A stretch of 64,000 nucleotides of DNA from Eledone cirrhosa (Eukaryota): the NCBI GenBank assembly GCA_964016885.1, contig OZ024764.1:20336001-20400000 (forward strand), written 5' to 3'. The notes under the pieces were generated by a model that made no database searches, had not been told where the DNA came from, and saw only the letters and a program-made list of their open reading frames with translations. The position numbers were made by a program, and so were the translations under genes. Shown piece after piece: positions 61,716-64,000 of this stretch. How positions within the stretch are numbered: the stretch's first letter is position 1; each line of letters starts with the position of its first letter.

Positions 61716-61759
61716 AATTATTTTCTAATTTTGGTTTCACTAAACACTAACATATACCT

Positions 61760-62300
61760 GAGAGGAACCAGATCATTAACTACACATAAACATATACATA
61801 CAGCTGGGATGCCATTTCACATTGATATATTTGGTAAATCCTTCTCTAAATGTTGTGGCTTCACTACACACTAACATACAGGATAGGAACTATATCACTG
61901 TGATGTCTGTGCTAAATAATTCTCTAAATGTTGTGGCTTCCCTACACACTAACATACAGGAAAGGAACTATATCACCGTGATGTCTGTGCTAAATAATTC
62001 TCTAAATGTTGTGGCTTCCCTACACACTAACATACAGGAAAGGAACTATATCACCGTGATGTCTGTGCTAAATAATTCTCTAAATGTTGTGGCTTCACTA
62101 CACATTAACACATACAGGAGAGGAACTATATCACTGTGGTGTCTGTGCTAAATAATTCTCTAAATGTTGTGGCTTCCCTACACAGTAACACATACAGGAG
62201 AGGAACTATATCACTGTGGTGTCTGTGATAAATAATTCTCTTGTAAAGGTTACTTGATGCAACTCAAACACAATCAGACAAGATAAAAACCATGTCACTC
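61760..62300 (+). pseudogene. Degenerate zinc-finger repeats amplified as a ~78-80-bp tandem array
   Basis: CAC TGT GAT GTC TGT GCT AAA TAA TTC TCT repeated with a shared stop; 26-aa periodicity in another frame. Confidence 0.8.
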
Positions 62301-62510
62301 ACCTAAAATAGTGCCACCAATGTTGTTAATATCTTGAATAAAACTGTTTTACTAAGAAATTATTCTCCTTTCATTTTATTTGTAGAAATTTTAACCAAGA
62401 CTTGTGCTGACAAAACTGTATTGTTCAGAATTGACATACGTTATATATATGTGAATGTTTGTGTGTAGAAATTTGTGTCCATGTGTATGTTTGTATATAA
62501 GTATCTGCAT

Positions 62511-63430
62511 ATCATCATCATCATCATCATTTTACGTCCGCTTTTCCCTGCTTGCAAGGGTGGGAGTGAACTGATTCTGGCTTGATTTCTACAGCTGGAT
62601 GCCCTTCCTAACACCAACCTCATTTACAGAGAGTGCTGTGTGCTTTTTTGCCGTGGCACCTCCACGACCAATTTGCAGTGGAATGATATGGACCCCAGTC
62701 CCTATCATCTCATTTCTACAGCTGAGTAAATGGGAGCAATGTGAAATAAAGTGTCTTGCTCAACGAAACAACACATCACACTGTGTGAGAATTGAACTCA
62801 CAACCTTTCGATTGCAAGGCCAATGCTCTAACCACTAAGCCATGTGCCTCCACTGTGCATATTTGTATTTGATTTATTTATTATGTATGTGTGTATATGT
62901 ACGTCATCTTCATCAACATCATCACTGTTTTTATGTCTGTTTTTCTATGCTTCCTTGGGTTGGACATGTCCTTCTCAACATGGCATCTTTCAACTTCTCG
63001 TGTTCCTTTGTCATCTCCTCTGTGAGAGTCAATCATTTGAAGTCAGTTCACACAGCCTCTGTCCAGGTCTTTCTTGGTCTACCTCTACTATGGCTTCCTT
63101 CTACTGGGATGTCCTGGCACTTGTTCACCCAGCTGTCATTATCCATGTGTATCACATGTCCATACCAATGCAGTCTTCTCTCTTACACATCTCTTAAGAT
63201 CCCTCTTAAACCCAGGTTCTCCCTCAACTTGTCCAAGCTCTGCCTTTCTCTCACACTTAAATGGCACATCCAATGAAGCATGGTTGCTTCATTTCTCTCC
63301 AGTCTACACTTTTTTTCTGCTGTCACAACCCTTGTTTCACTACCATGCAGCATCATATTTTATTGGCAGGTGTTATACAGTCATCCTCCACTGCTAATTA
63401 AGTCACAGAAGCTATCAACCACTTCTATGT
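62511..63430 (-). mobile_element. Cluster of RTE 3' fragment (62511-62680), tRNA-SINE (62720-62850) and decayed RTE C-terminus (62905-63430)
   Basis: (CAT)n tails; GATGCCCTTCCTAACACC core; minus-strand WYGHV and GRPRKTW remnants; SINE box A/B on the minus strand. Confidence 0.7.
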
Positions 63431-63623
63431 GTGTATAATTACTTGTGTATCCTTATGTGTTTGCTAATACTATCTATAGGTCACAACTCCAGGTAGAAGG
63501 AGCAACGTGAAATAAAGTATCTTGCTCAAGGACACATCACCCGGTCCAAGAATTGAACTCACAACCTTTCAATTACAAGCCCAATGCTCTAACCACTGAG
63601 CCATATATATTATATATATATTA

Positions 63624-63817
63624 CTAGCAGAATGGCCTGGAGATCGCTAAATCACCTAATGCGGTCCCTAAGGCATTGAAAATTTGAAATTGTTTTTTCT
63701 CAAAACACTCACAGGACCATAAGTATTATATGTGTAAAGGTTAAAAACAGTCGGTTGGGTGGTTCTTGAGTTTTAGGTAGTCAGACAGACATACATTCTC
63801 TGTTTTAGATATATAGA
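63624..63817 (-). mobile_element. Short non-autonomous Helitron of a second family
   Basis: Minus strand A|TCTATATATCTAAAA...GTCTGTCTG...CTGCTAG|T, inserted in a TA-rich tract. Confidence 0.6.
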
Positions 63818-63897
63818 TATATATATTATATTATATGATATATATATATTATATTATATATATATATATTATATATAATATATATTGTATATATATC

Positions 63898-64000
63898 AAC
63901 CCACTCTGTAAAGTGGACATGTAGGCAGCACGGAAGAAAAGTACCCAGCACCCACTGTAAATGAGGTTGGTGTTAGGAAGGGCATCCAGCTGTAGAAATC
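63898..64000 (+). mobile_element. RTE 3'-UTR fragment running off the window
   Basis: Matches 45985-46080. Confidence 0.7.

Noticed and set aside
1-64000. Whole tandem structure as an uncollapsed-haplotype assembly artefact
   Set aside because: Four copies carry distinct finger arrays, private TE insertions with TSDs and many substitutions; read depth should still be checked.

Overview
Eukaryotic, AT-rich, repeat-dense DNA. The finger consensus ([23 protein letters not shown]), the (GAT)n-tailed RTE LINEs and the tRNA-derived SINEs suggest a coleoid cephalopod (Octopus-like); this is inference. The window is a head-to-tail segmental duplication of a roughly 14-22 kb unit carrying four paralogous C2H2 zinc-finger genes, each with one coding exon and all starting [12 protein letters not shown] (3884, 17478, 37947, 59982; 16, 23, 15 and 10+ fingers; no recognisable effector domain). 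Unit order: putative promoter and non-coding exon 1 (NRF1/ETS/E-box motifs, GTAAGT donor), TE-filled intron, 39-bp VNTR, acceptor, ZNF exon, polyA site, 82-bp VNTR, relic second ZNF exon, non-autonomous Helitron, decayed Buster-type hAT. Private insertions distinguish the units: CR1-like LINE, CRE-like LINE, Tigger, Merlin-like fragment, Tc1/mariner, near-intact RTE, 629-bp palindromic MITE. Main points of interest: a homogenised block of 13-14 near-identical fingers in ZNF2; mosaic finger sharing between paralogs; ZNF4 truncated by an RTE tail that supplies a His-run C-terminus; four VNTRs that trace to LINE sequence; and a possible one-promoter/multiple-terminal-exon layout. Everything was aligned by eye, so coordinates of decayed elements are approximate.
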